IMG/VR virus record: IMGVR_UViG_3300032373_000045 | Span: 1-39,048 of that record | Length of the DNA: 39,048 nucleotides | Source: a virus | Lineage: Duplodnaviria > Caudoviricetes | Reading direction: 5' to 3' (one strand) | Part shown: positions 18,795 to 27,868 of the stretch, piece after piece | Layout: every line of letters begins with the position of its first letter | Numbering within the stretch: position 1 is the stretch's first letter | The notes under the pieces: model-generated | What the model saw: the letters and a program-made list of their open reading frames with translations, nothing else | What the model was told of the DNA's origin: nothing | Databases searched by the model: none | Program-made: the position numbers and the translations under genes

Positions 18795-20845
18795 TGGATG
18801 AAATTACAGACGAGCAATTAAATAGCCTTTCTAGCGGTGATCTTGAAGCCGTTATCAGTGGCAATCTTGAAGCTATGTCTAATCATGGCTTAGAAATTAT
18901 TGCTGGTAGACAGCCTCAATATCAGCCTTTCTTCAGTCAAGGTCAGGCGCAGCCTGAAAGCGCCCAAAACATTACGCAAGCCCCTATAGGAGCTGCTGTT
19001 GGGACACCAATACAAAACACAGGCTCTAACCCTTTGTTTGGAATTGGGATGGGCGGTCAAGAGTCTATTGATAACGCTTTAGCAGAAACGGCAGACCGAG
19101 AAAGCAGAATGACTCAGTTACGAGAAACCAACCCTTTCTTAGCTGACCAAATACAGAACATGAGTATAGGTGAAGCTATAGCAGTAGGCGCTGGGGAAAG
19201 AGTTGCTACACTCCTTAGAGGTATGGGCATTATGGATATGCCTGATGCTGCTGAAACTCAAGCCTTTGACCTTCTTAGAGACCAAAGAAGTAGCGTGGGC
19301 GTGGGTCAGTTTCTAGGTGAGGCGGCTATGTTTGTTGCGCCCGGTGGAGCTGCGGCTAAAGTTGCATCCCTCGCTCCTAAATTAGCTAGAATCCCTCTGA
19401 TGGCTACTTACGCAATGGGCGAAGGTGGTTTAATGGCTAGAGGAGATCAAGCTGAAGGTTTAGAGTTTGTTGCTAGAGTTGGCTTATCAGGTGTTTTAGG
19501 TGGAATCGCTGGTGGATTCTTAAAGGGAGCGCCAACAAGAAGCGAAAAGCAAATAGTAGATGCATTAGCTTTAGGTAGAAGAACCCCTGAAGTAACAGCT
19601 ATAAGAGGTGTATTAGATAACCCTAATACAGTTTCAGACGATATTCTACAGATAACAAACCAAACTACAGACCCTCATCCTATTTTACAAGGCATAAGGC
19701 AAGCGGCTGAAGAAGGTGATGATGTTTTGCCTATAGCTGGCGCTTTAATGAGAGCCGCAGATGACGCTTTAGAGAACAACCAAGCGGCTAGGTATATTTT
19801 AGATGGGGCTGATAACCTTAGAGCTAACCCTGCTGTTAGATCAGTTTCCTCTAGTTGGGATGAAGGTATAGCTACAACTATGTCAGGAGCTACACCAGCA
19901 GATAGAAACTTAGCACTTAAAGTTTTAGATTTATTCAAGAGAGGTAGAGGTCAAGGCGCTGCATGGGCTGGCAAGCATAGACCACAAAACCCTGTTGGAG
20001 ATGAAATATTAAGACAGTACAACTTCCTTAGAGGCGTTATGAGGGACACAGGTAGACAGCTTAACAATGTGTCAAAGACTCAACTAAGAGGTGCTGATGT
20101 AGATTTAAGCGCAGCTAGAAGCGGATTCCTTGATGATATTGCAGAAGAGGGCATCACTATAGCTGATGACGGTTTAGATTTCTCTAACTCTTCCTTTTTC
20201 TCAAGGCTTGCCAAACCCCAAAGAGCCGCTATTAATGATACTTATCAAGCTTTATTTAAGGACAATATAGACGGATTAGCAGCGCATAGGATGAAAGGCT
20301 CTATAGATGAGATGGTTAACTTTGATAAAGCTGCTGGAGGGTTAGGCCTAAAAGCTGAGAACATCCTAAAAGGAGCTAGAACTAACATCAATGACGCTAT
20401 AGGTTTAACTAACGAAACATACAGAGGCTTAAACTCTATTTATTCAGAGATAATAGGTTCTTTAAACCTCTTCCAAAAAGGTATAGGGGCTTCAGTTGAC
20501 TTAGCAGACGATACAGCAGGGTCAATAATAGCCCAAAAAGTTAACACATTGATGAGTAATAACGTAGGCAGAGGCAACCTTCAAAGCGCCCTTGAGTCTA
20601 TGGCTCGTTTAGCTAGAAAGAACGGTGGTAGTTTTGATATAGACCCTTACACGCAAGTAGCTTTCATTCAAGCATTAGAGTCTCGGTTTGGCATTCAGGC
20701 TAAAAGGTCTTTAGGTGGCATTATCGAAACTGTATTAGGGAATAAAGGATTGAAGGAGCGAGGGTTAGATAAGATTGCAGAATTAATGCAAAGTGATGAG
20801 GCGGCTATAAAATCAATGGAAACACTTTTAAGGCAAGGTAATTAA
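18794..20845 (+). CDS. Probable DNA ejection protein (gp16 position)
   Basis: 683-aa Ala/Gly-rich helical protein; gene order. Confidence 0.6.
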   Translation: MDEITDEQLNSLSSGDLEAVISGNLEAMSNHGLEIIAGRQPQYQPFFSQGQAQPESAQNITQAPIGAAVGTPIQNTGSNPLFGIGMGGQESIDNALAETADRESRMTQLRETNPFLADQIQNMSIGEAIAVGAGERVATLLRGMGIMDMPDAAETQAFDLLRDQRSSVGVGQFLGEAAMFVAPGGAAAKVASLAPKLARIPLMATYAMGEGGLMARGDQAEGLEFVARVGLSGVLGGIAGGFLKGAPTRSEKQIVDALALGRRTPEVTAIRGVLDNPNTVSDDILQITNQTTDPHPILQGIRQAAEEGDDVLPIAGALMRAADDALENNQAARYILDGADNLRANPAVRSVSSSWDEGIATTMSGATPADRNLALKVLDLFKRGRGQGAAWAGKHRPQNPVGDEILRQYNFLRGVMRDTGRQLNNVSKTQLRGADVDLSAARSGFLDDIAEEGITIADDGLDFSNSSFFSRLAKPQRAAINDTYQALFKDNIDGLAAHRMKGSIDEMVNFDKAAGGLGLKAENILKGARTNINDAIGLTNETYRGLNSIYSEIIGSLNLFQKGIGASVDLADDTAGSIIAQKVNTLMSNNVGRGNLQSALESMARLARKNGGSFDIDPYTQVAFIQALESRFGIQAKRSLGGIIETVLGNKGLKERGLDKIAELMQSDEAAIKSMETLLRQGN

Positions 20846-20848
20846 ATA

Positions 20849-21622
20849 ATGGCATATAATCCAATATCGAAAACAGTACCAGTATATACAGCAGCATATT
20901 GGTTAAAAGGCTATTCAGAGGGGACTACTACTCCTCTTGCTATGGCTACTGATGACACAGGCGGCACTACTATTGCAAAGTGCAAGATTAATGCTAACGG
21001 TTATCCTATATCTAGCTCTGGTGATGAGACTAGCGTATTCATCCCCCACTTTAATGAAAACTTTAAATTAGTTTTATACACTAACGAAACAGACGCAGAT
21101 GCTAACACTACAGCTAATGCTGACTGGGTTGTTGATAATATTAATTATCTTGATAACGCTACAGCAAGCTCTAGCTCAGACTTTGAGACAGGTGATGTTA
21201 TAGCCTTCTTCCAGTCAGCCCCTCCTACTGGATGGACTCAAGTAGCAACTCAAAACAATAAAATGATGAGGGTTGTATCAGGTACAGGTGGAGGTAATGG
21301 TGGGTCAGATTCACCTATAGCTTATTCTCAAGACTTATCACACGCTCATGGAAGCTCTGCTGTTGGCTTAACTATAGCTCAGTTGCCTGTCCACGCTTTC
21401 CCTATAGGGTCTTGGAACTCAGGCCATGTTTATGGGCAAACAACCGTAGGCTCTGCAAGTTATAACGCTTGGGCTGGAACTACAGTTCAAACCACTACAG
21501 ACTTGACGGATACTGTTGGCTCTGGTGACACCCACACTCATGGAAATACAGACTCTACGACATTAACAGGCTCTTGGTCTCCTTCTTACATTGATCTAAT
21601 CATAGCATCAAAAGACGCATGA
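20849..21622 (+). CDS. Tail fibre with a virion-binding N-terminus and a collar-like C-terminus
   Basis: N-terminal LKGY..GTTTP...NANGYP anchor; C-terminal FFQSAPPTGWTQ...MRVVSG motif. Confidence 0.7.
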   Translation: MAYNPISKTVPVYTAAYWLKGYSEGTTTPLAMATDDTGGTTIAKCKINANGYPISSSGDETSVFIPHFNENFKLVLYTNETDADANTTANADWVVDNINYLDNATASSSSDFETGDVIAFFQSAPPTGWTQVATQNNKMMRVVSGTGGGNGGSDSPIAYSQDLSHAHGSSAVGLTIAQLPVHAFPIGSWNSGHVYGQTTVGSASYNAWAGTTVQTTTDLTDTVGSGDTHTHGNTDSTTLTGSWSPSYIDLIIASKDA

Positions 21623-21894
21623 AATTAACCTGTCCTCTAGGCCATACTTGCCAAAAGTGCGAAGAAGATGGAACGGTGCTAGAGCGTTGTATGTGGTATG
21701 TGAAGATGCGCGGAACTAACCCTAATACGGGTGAAGAATTAGATAAGTGGGGTTGTGCTATTGCATGGCAACCTATCTTAATGACAGAAGCAACAAAAGA
21801 GGCTAGAACTCTATCTGCTTCCGTTCAAGGCAACCGCAATGAAGTTAAAAAGGTTGGCGATAAACTAGACATAATAAAATTGGATAAATACTAA
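21619..21894 (+). CDS. Cys-rich small protein, probable fibre partner
   Basis: CPL..C..C, C.WY...GTNPNTGE..D.WGCAIAW.P motifs. Confidence 0.65.
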   Translation: MKLTCPLGHTCQKCEEDGTVLERCMWYVKMRGTNPNTGEELDKWGCAIAWQPILMTEATKEARTLSASVQGNRNEVKKVGDKLDIIKLDKY

Positions 21895-24119
21895 TGAGAT
21901 CAGTAGTCAGAAGCGTACTAAGAGACTTTTCACGAAACGTATTAAGAAACTCTATCTCTAATTCTGTAAACAGAAGAGAGTTTACATTAGGCAACACAAC
22001 AGGCGCTTTAACACCACCCGCTATAGGTGATACAGATGGCAACCGCTTAACTATTGACGAAGAATCTTTATGGCATCCTTGTAAAGCTGAAGAAGCTAGG
22101 TTTTGGGGAATGCGCAGGGTTGAGAATCTTCTTAGCTTTAGTGAGGATTTAACACAGGATTGGGTAGCTCAATCAGGGGTAACTCTTGCTGCGACATTAT
22201 ATACATTATCATTAAACTCCAACAAATCTGCTTACATTAACAACGCAGCTACAGGTGTTTTAGAGGGCGAGACTTATATATGGACTCTTGATATTACGCC
22301 CGACAGAAGCGGCACTATAGATTTTAGAGCTAGAGATGGCGCTTTTGCTGCGGCTTCAGATATAACTTCAGCTACTTGTGAAATGGTAGCAGGGACTAGG
22401 GTTAGGCTTTCATTACCTATTACTATTCCCTCTTCTCCCGATGGCGCTTTATGCTTATTTTTCTTTGTAAATGAAGATGGGGCTGCTAATACTTACAATG
22501 TAACAGTCCATAATCAGCAACTAGAAAACTCCACAGGCCGCTCAGACACAGTAACCCCTAGTGAATATGTTTCTACAGGCGTAGGGACAGGAAGTGAGCT
22601 TGTTACTAATGGTGACTTTGCTACTGGCGATACAACTGGATGGACAACTACAGCGCCAGCAACAGCTACTTATGATTCGGGAGAGGTTGATCTAGCTAGG
22701 AATTCTTCTGGCTCTCCATATGGACAGCTTTATCAAACTATCGCAACAGTAGAAGGTGGAACATATCTATTAGAGTGTGATGTGTCGGCACTATCACATC
22801 AGGTAGGTGCGTTTCTTGATACTTCTACCCAAGATTTAGGAACAACTACATCGACAGGCAAGTTTGCGGTTGTTTTTATAGCATCAGGGGCTAGTGCTAG
22901 GCTTGATGTGGCGGCTAGAGGCTCAACTGTTGCTACAGCGACTATAGATAACATAACAGTCAAACAAATAGACCACGGCTCTAACGTAGACTCTGTTAAA
23001 AACTATGCAACCCTTAACGGCAATAGCGTAGCAAGTAACGTAGTCACAGAAGCAGTTGGAGCTAATATAACAGCCTCTACTATCAAAGGCTTATTCATGG
23101 AAGGGGCGGCTACGGAGCTTAGTGGTTATAGTGGTGATTTAGTTAATTGGACTCTAACAACAACAGCCGCGGCGGTTAAAGACGCTACAGGCTTAACTGG
23201 CGAACCTAATGAGGCTTTCACTGTGACCGATAATAGTGCGTCAGTACGAGAGGCAAGAGAGGAAGCCACTAACATAACATCAGGGACTGATACGTATTAT
23301 ATGGTTTGCTATGTTGCTTACAACGCCTCTCCTTCTGTTTACCCAAGGCTTGTTATCACTCACTTCAACGGAGGAACGCAGGTTGTAGAAGGTATTATAT
23401 TAGACCCTTCTGACGGCTCTTATAATGAGCAATCCTCTGACGGAGCAGTAGTTTCTATAACCAGAATAGGGAATTTCTGGCAAGTAGTCCTATCTCTTGC
23501 CGATAATGGCACAGGTAACGCATCATCAGCAGTTGCCTTATCTCCTGCTTTCAATACAGATGGCTCTACCACCGAAAACGTAGCAGCACAAGGCTCTACA
23601 GTCTTTGCATCATGTGAGCTATACAAAACAACCTACTCTGCCAGCCCTGTACTAACCACAGGCGGCACTACTAAGGCTAGACTAGCCGATACTGAATACA
23701 CGCTCCCTGCTGCTTATTGGACTCCAGTAGACGCAGAAGGTAGTATGAGTTTTGATTTGACTCCTTTGTTTAATACAGCTAGTGGTTCTTCGCAAGGTAT
23801 AGTCTCACCTGACGCTACCAATCCTTCTAGGCTTAGTTATTTCACTAATACTGATTTAAGGCTGTCTCTTAGAGATGGTACTGCAAGCGCCTTATTAGAC
23901 TCGGCATGGTCAGGAGTTTTAGACTCAGTAGCTATCAAGGCAAGATGGGGAAGCTCAACTATGCGATTCTCAAGTGATGGCACTAGCTCGGTTAGTCAGA
24001 CTTTCGATGGCTCATTCAATCCTAGCGGCAACTTGGTAATCGGAAAATCCCTCACTGGTGGAATGTGTATTAAGAATTTAATACTGTACTCAAGCGATCA
24101 CGGGGACGCTTGGTTATAA
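21894..24119 (+). CDS. Fibre/receptor-binding protein with carbohydrate-binding-like domains
   Basis: ENLLSFSEDL and ELVTNGDFATGDTTGW (CBM-like) motifs; Thr/Ser-rich beta composition. Confidence 0.65.
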   Translation: MRSVVRSVLRDFSRNVLRNSISNSVNRREFTLGNTTGALTPPAIGDTDGNRLTIDEESLWHPCKAEEARFWGMRRVENLLSFSEDLTQDWVAQSGVTLAATLYTLSLNSNKSAYINNAATGVLEGETYIWTLDITPDRSGTIDFRARDGAFAAASDITSATCEMVAGTRVRLSLPITIPSSPDGALCLFFFVNEDGAANTYNVTVHNQQLENSTGRSDTVTPSEYVSTGVGTGSELVTNGDFATGDTTGWTTTAPATATYDSGEVDLARNSSGSPYGQLYQTIATVEGGTYLLECDVSALSHQVGAFLDTSTQDLGTTTSTGKFAVVFIASGASARLDVAARGSTVATATIDNITVKQIDHGSNVDSVKNYATLNGNSVASNVVTEAVGANITASTIKGLFMEGAATELSGYSGDLVNWTLTTTAAAVKDATGLTGEPNEAFTVTDNSASVREAREEATNITSGTDTYYMVCYVAYNASPSVYPRLVITHFNGGTQVVEGIILDPSDGSYNEQSSDGAVVSITRIGNFWQVVLSLADNGTGNASSAVALSPAFNTDGSTTENVAAQGSTVFASCELYKTTYSASPVLTTGGTTKARLADTEYTLPAAYWTPVDAEGSMSFDLTPLFNTASGSSQGIVSPDATNPSRLSYFTNTDLRLSLRDGTASALLDSAWSGVLDSVAIKARWGSSTMRFSSDGTSSVSQTFDGSFNPSGNLVIGKSLTGGMCIKNLILYSSDHGDAWL

Positions 24120-24515
24120 CCATCCCTCATGTGTCATACCAAAACCTAGCTCATTACGAGAAATGTGACATTCCTCATGGAGCTCAGCTTCTTCTGCTGT
24201 GCTTAAATCCGCATTAATGTGCATGAAATACAAGTTAGGGTTAAAGTAAACTGTATTAGCCACGCTAAACTGCTCATCAGGCAGCTCTGGCAAGGCTAAT
24301 GCTTGATACTTCGCATCAGTATGATACTCCCTATAGATCAAAACTCCTCGATGCTCAGCAAGGGCTATAACGCCATTAACAAACTCCTCAGAATATGGGC
24401 ATGAGTTAATGATTACTATTTCTTGAGCTGCATTCCAACTCTCTCCCCTAAACTGCTTACTTCCCTCCTCAGAACATCCCGCCAATAATACAACTAATAT
24501 TAATAATCTAATCAT
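24114..24515 (-). CDS. Lipoprotein with an HExxH motif
   Basis: Lipobox MIRLLILVVLLAG/C; C-terminal HEECH. Confidence 0.7.
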   Translation of the reverse strand: MIRLLILVVLLAGCSEEGSKQFRGESWNAAQEIVIINSCPYSEEFVNGVIALAEHRGVLIYREYHTDAKYQALALPELPDEQFSVANTVYFNPNLYFMHINADLSTAEEAELHEECHISRNELGFGMTHEGWL

Positions 24516-24822
24516 TACTCTCTCCCTGTGTAGCTATCATGGCTTTGTATTGGTCTGCATTCATATCGCTTAGTTTGGTTAGTTCTTCTTGCTTCTGTTG
24601 AAGCTCAGTTACGGCATTAGTCATTTTCTTAGCCTCGCTTATAACTGTAGATTTTAAATAACCTACATCATGCCGCAAGCTCTGTAGTTTTAAAGCTCTT
24701 TCACCTATATGAAGATGCTCAAAACAATACCACCTGAAATCGCCTATGCCTGTGCAAGTAAAATCAAGCCTAGTAGTCTCTGCATTTTTACAATCTTTCA
24801 TTGTGCAGTTAGTATCCATCAT
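24508..24822 (-). CDS. Hypothetical protein (Cys-containing N-terminus, coiled coil)
   Basis: ORF coupled to both neighbours. Confidence 0.65.
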   Translation of the reverse strand: MMDTNCTMKDCKNAETTRLDFTCTGIGDFRWYCFEHLHIGERALKLQSLRHDVGYLKSTVISEAKKMTNAVTELQQKQEELTKLSDMNADQYKAMIATQGESND

Positions 24823-25148
24823 TAACTCTCCTGTGCTGCTATCAGCTTTGAAATAGCATTTATAGTTTCGCTTAGTTTTATTGCGTCTTTATGCTCATCA
24901 TAATCAGGAGCATTTTCTCCGCCATAATATGTTGAATATTCTTCAATAAGGTTTTCTAAAGCATTCTCTAATAGCTCTATAGGCACACTTACAAATCCTT
25001 CCTGTGTAGCTAGGGCTGCTATGGCTTGCGCTATTGCTGTTGATGTTCTAAGTCTAAAATTATGGTGACTTATTTCATCGTCTTGCGCGTGAGCTAAAAC
25101 AAAGTCAATTTCTTCTAACTCTTTAACTAGCTCACTATTAGTAGACAT
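24822..25148 (-). CDS. Hypothetical protein
   Basis: Start MSTNSELVKE at 25148 with a GGAG RBS is preferred over 25259. Confidence 0.65.
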   Translation of the reverse strand: MSTNSELVKELEEIDFVLAHAQDDEISHHNFRLRTSTAIAQAIAALATQEGFVSVPIELLENALENLIEEYSTYYGGENAPDYDEHKDAIKLSETINAISKLIAAQES

Positions 25149-25683
25149 GTCTTTTACTCCCATGATTAGGATGATAGTTATACTTAACTTCTGCGGATTT
25201 CCTTGCGCAACACGCCTCAAAGAAGTCAGTGAAATTCCCAAGAAACACATCTCTTGCATTATGTGATATATAGGTCATCCATATAAGTTTGGTTTTAACC
25301 CAATAGACCCCCGCTATACCGCTCTTATTAGCTCTAGGGATAACTCTGTTCCTTTGGTTTTCTGCATGAGTTACATTTCTTAAATTCTCTATACGATTGT
25401 CTTGTCTCTTCCCGTTTATATGGTCAATCTGGTCAGGCCACTCCCCATAAGTCATAAGCCAAGCGAGTCTGTGTGCGAGAAGTCGCTGCCCTTGAATGGT
25501 TATAGTGGTATATCCATAAAAAGTTTTAGAGCCAGCTACAACATTGGCGTGTTTTGCATTCCAAGCATTGCCCAACCTTGTATTCTTAAAATAGCTAAGA
25601 GGGCGTTCTTTCCAGATAAATTCACCAGTTTCAGGGTTGTAATCTAAAAATTCATTAGCTAACTCTAGCGGTATTTTGTTCAT
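25138..25683 (-). CDS. HNH homing endonuclease (HNH_3 with AP2-like C-terminus)
   Basis: YNPETG, AHRLAW, IDHINGKRQDNRIENLR and SGIAGVYW motifs. Confidence 0.92.
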   Translation of the reverse strand: MNKIPLELANEFLDYNPETGEFIWKERPLSYFKNTRLGNAWNAKHANVVAGSKTFYGYTTITIQGQRLLAHRLAWLMTYGEWPDQIDHINGKRQDNRIENLRNVTHAENQRNRVIPRANKSGIAGVYWVKTKLIWMTYISHNARDVFLGNFTDFFEACCARKSAEVKYNYHPNHGSKRHVY

Positions 25684-26054
25684 TCTTTATCCTCAGGCTT
25701 ATTGCTGGTTAGGTGTTGGCGTAATGAGTCAAGCGTATTGTCTAAATAAATATGTGCGCTATCATCATCATCAACATAAAAACTATCTTTGATTAAAAGC
25801 TCTATAAACTCATCCAAGCCCTCTGATACCTGTGGAGTGGGGCGTGAAGCAGCATTCCAAGCATCTTTAGCCAACTGCATACACTCAGGAGAATCGAAAG
25901 GCTTGTATTGTGTGCGGAACTCTATTGCCCATTCACCACAACAATCGGCATTTACCCAAGCCCATTTAGCGCCTTGATTAGCATCATATACCCCAAGTTC
26001 TTTTGGTATCTTTCCGCATGGGCAAGGCTTTAATTCATCACTATTCTGGTTCAT
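25680..26054 (-). CDS. Lar-like (restriction alleviation) zinc-finger protein
   Basis: ELKPCPCG...AKDAWN pattern. Confidence 0.6.
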   Translation of the reverse strand: MNQNSDELKPCPCGKIPKELGVYDANQGAKWAWVNADCCGEWAIEFRTQYKPFDSPECMQLAKDAWNAASRPTPQVSEGLDEFIELLIKDSFYVDDDDSAHIYLDNTLDSLRQHLTSNKPEDKE

Positions 26055-26203
26055 TGGAATAACCTCATTTCAGCGCACACAACACACTTCTCAGTATCAG
26101 GCCACAGAACATGACCTTTAGGGCAACGCTCTATTTCAACTTCCTTATCAGGCTGTTTCTTTTTGCTGTCATTAAAACTTAATATGTTTGACTCATCACT
26201 CAT
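26051..26203 (-). CDS. Small zinc-finger-like protein (50 aa, CPKGH...CVVC)
   Basis: Hand-translated; GGAGG RBS; ATGA overlap with the next gene; not in the track. Confidence 0.6.
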   Translation of the reverse strand: MSDESNILSFNDSKKKQPDKEVEIERCPKGHVLWPDTEKCVVCAEMRLFQ

Positions 26204-26235
26204 AATCATTCCCTCCCTCTCTGTTCGGTTAGCGG

Positions 26236-26493
26236 TTAATCATCTTCTGGCTTAAATTCTGAACAGACACGCCTTAGAAAGTTTCGCGCTCTTACAGCTT
26301 GACGTTTCATACTGTGCTGGTGGTTATTTATTGACCTTGTGGCATCATTAATTTCAATTAGTAAATCTTCAACAAGATTTTCCATTTCTGCTAAGCTTTT
26401 ATATCTCTTTTCATCAACTCTAGAATCACCAACCGCATTAACTTCGCCAATCAGCTTCTTAACTACTGCTGTAATGTTAATATCTTCACTCAT
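26236..26493 (-). CDS. Hypothetical protein
   Basis: 85-aa ORF with a GAGGAG RBS. Confidence 0.7.
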   Translation of the reverse strand: MSEDINITAVVKKLIGEVNAVGDSRVDEKRYKSLAEMENLVEDLLIEINDATRSINNHQHSMKRQAVRARNFLRRVCSEFKPEDD

Positions 26494-26725
26494 AATCTAC
26501 TCCTCTTTGTGGGCTAGGGCTTCATGGTTTGCTTCCTTTTCTTGTAGTATCAGAGCTAGTTTGTATAGATCTTCTGGGTCAATCCCAAAATTACTATTAC
26601 TCTCTCCGTGAAAGATAGGCCTGACTGTTAATGAAATTCTCGTGCCTACCTCAGACGCCTGTTCTGCTATCTCTATCATTCTTTCTCCTTCAGTAAAGTC
26701 ACTCATCATCTACTCCTCTTTGTGG
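26486..26725. repeat. 27-bp direct repeats (26486-26512 and 26699-26725, 26/27 identical) flanking one gene
   Basis: TCACTCAT(A/C)ATCTACTCCTCTTTGTGG read directly. Confidence 0.9.
26497..26709 (-). CDS. Hypothetical protein
   Basis: 70-aa ORF bounded by direct repeats. Confidence 0.7.
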   Translation of the reverse strand: MMSDFTEGERMIEIAEQASEVGTRISLTVRPIFHGESNSNFGIDPEDLYKLALILQEKEANHEALAHKEE

Positions 26726-27039
26726 TCTATGGTTTGCAAACAATCTTTTAAAGTTTGTTCAATGACTGAATCACCCATGTAGCACCTTATGTTATTTTCG
26801 TCAGTTAATACTTTCAGCCTTTTCACAAGCTCACTATCTGATACCTGTGGAGTGGGGCGTGTGTTCCATGCGTTGATTGCTTTTTCTTGTGTGCTGTATC
26901 CCTCATCTAAAGGCACTCCACCCCTACATTCTAAATCCTCACACAATCCCTGCCAGTTCCCACCATCTTCATTAAACTGGTCTGTCTCCCCACGCTTGCC
27001 ACAAAACGGACAAGGCAGTAATTCACTATTCTGGTTCAT
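26710..27039 (-). CDS. Lar family restriction alleviation protein
   Basis: LLPCPFCG...C....C...AINAWNTR; start MNQNSELL at 27039 with a GGAG RBS. Confidence 0.78.
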   Translation of the reverse strand: MNQNSELLPCPFCGKRGETDQFNEDGGNWQGLCEDLECRGGVPLDEGYSTQEKAINAWNTRPTPQVSDSELVKRLKVLTDENNIRCYMGDSVIEQTLKDCLQTIDHKEE

Positions 27040-27187
27040 GGTTTGCTCCTTCTTCTTTAATTTCTTTACTACCGCAAATAGGGCATTCATCGTAGCCGCC
27101 CTCTGGAAGCTCATGTTTTCTGTCACAGCCTTTGCAGAAATACTCTGATAACCATGTTACGGGCGTAGGTTTATTTTCTTCACTCAT
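27026..27187 (-). CDS. Small zinc-ribbon protein (53 aa, CKGC...CPICGS)
   Basis: Hand-translated MSEENKPTPVTWLSEYFCKGCDRKHELPEGGYDECPICGSKEIKEEGANHEPE; not in the track. Confidence 0.7.
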   Translation of the reverse strand: MSEENKPTPVTWLSEYFCKGCDRKHELPEGGYDECPICGSKEIKEEGANHEPE

Positions 27188-27491
27188 AGCTACTCTCTCT
27201 AATAACGCGGCCTTTTATTAGTTGGCCTGATAACATTTCCTTGTCTATATTATTTCTCTCGCAGTAAGCGTTAAACATGCTGTAATCACCAAACGACACG
27301 CCTACGTCTTTGCTTGGGATGTAGCTGTCACATTCAAAACCATCCCCGCAGCCGTCATTCGCATAAGCCGCTCTTTTATCTTCTGAAACGGCAGGACATA
27401 TAGTGAACTCACTACCACAAGAGAAGCATTTAAAAACGCTAATTGGAGTGCCGTATTCATTCTCGCTTTCCTTGATATAATATTCACTCAT
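27180..27491 (-). CDS. Cys-rich hypothetical protein
   Basis: CFSCG...CP...C....C pattern; strong RBS. Confidence 0.7.
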   Translation of the reverse strand: MSEYYIKESENEYGTPISVFKCFSCGSEFTICPAVSEDKRAAYANDGCGDGFECDSYIPSKDVGVSFGDYSMFNAYCERNNIDKEMLSGQLIKGRVIRESSYE

Positions 27492-27513
27492 AATCCTCTC
27501 CTCCCTAAATGGG

Positions 27514-27759
27514 CTAAAAGTTTTTTAATTTAAAGTACAGCTCATGCTCAGTAAGCCGCCCTAACAACTTTCCTTCACCCAAAGCCGTGTCCATCAGTCC
27601 AACTAAATACTCAGCATCTTCTTTATTTATCTTTCTTTCTAATTCTTTTTGACATTCTTTTAGCAGAATAATGTGCATAGCTACAGGAGTTTTGCCTATA
27701 TCAATATCAGGCTCTAAACTGTCTAAATATTCTCTAACTTTAATTTTAATATCACTCAT
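27514..27759 (-). CDS. Hypothetical protein
   Basis: AGGAG RBS; coupled start. Confidence 0.7.
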   Translation of the reverse strand: MSDIKIKVREYLDSLEPDIDIGKTPVAMHIILLKECQKELERKINKEDAEYLVGLMDTALGEGKLLGRLTEHELYFKLKNF

Positions 27760-27868
27760 AGCTAACTCCTTCAGCCAATTCTATAAATGGGTGTGTATAG
27801 TCAAAGGAAATCTTCTTCCCTACTAAAGACTCAATTGCCTCATAATCGTCTTGTGTGTAGTCACTCAT
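27752..27868 (-). CDS. Small hypothetical protein (38 aa, MSDYTQDD...)
   Basis: Internal ATG of track ORF 27752..28027, with a GAGAGG RBS. Confidence 0.55.
   Translation of the reverse strand: MSDYTQDDYEAIESLVGKKISFDYTHPFIELAEGVSYE

Noticed and set aside
2929-23626. Minus-strand and nested ORFs in the structural arm (e.g. 2929..3126, 7308..7568, 13234..13482, 14479..14865, 16025..16414, 19675..19938)
   Set aside because: They are shadows of long, well-supported plus-strand genes, with no recognisable motifs.
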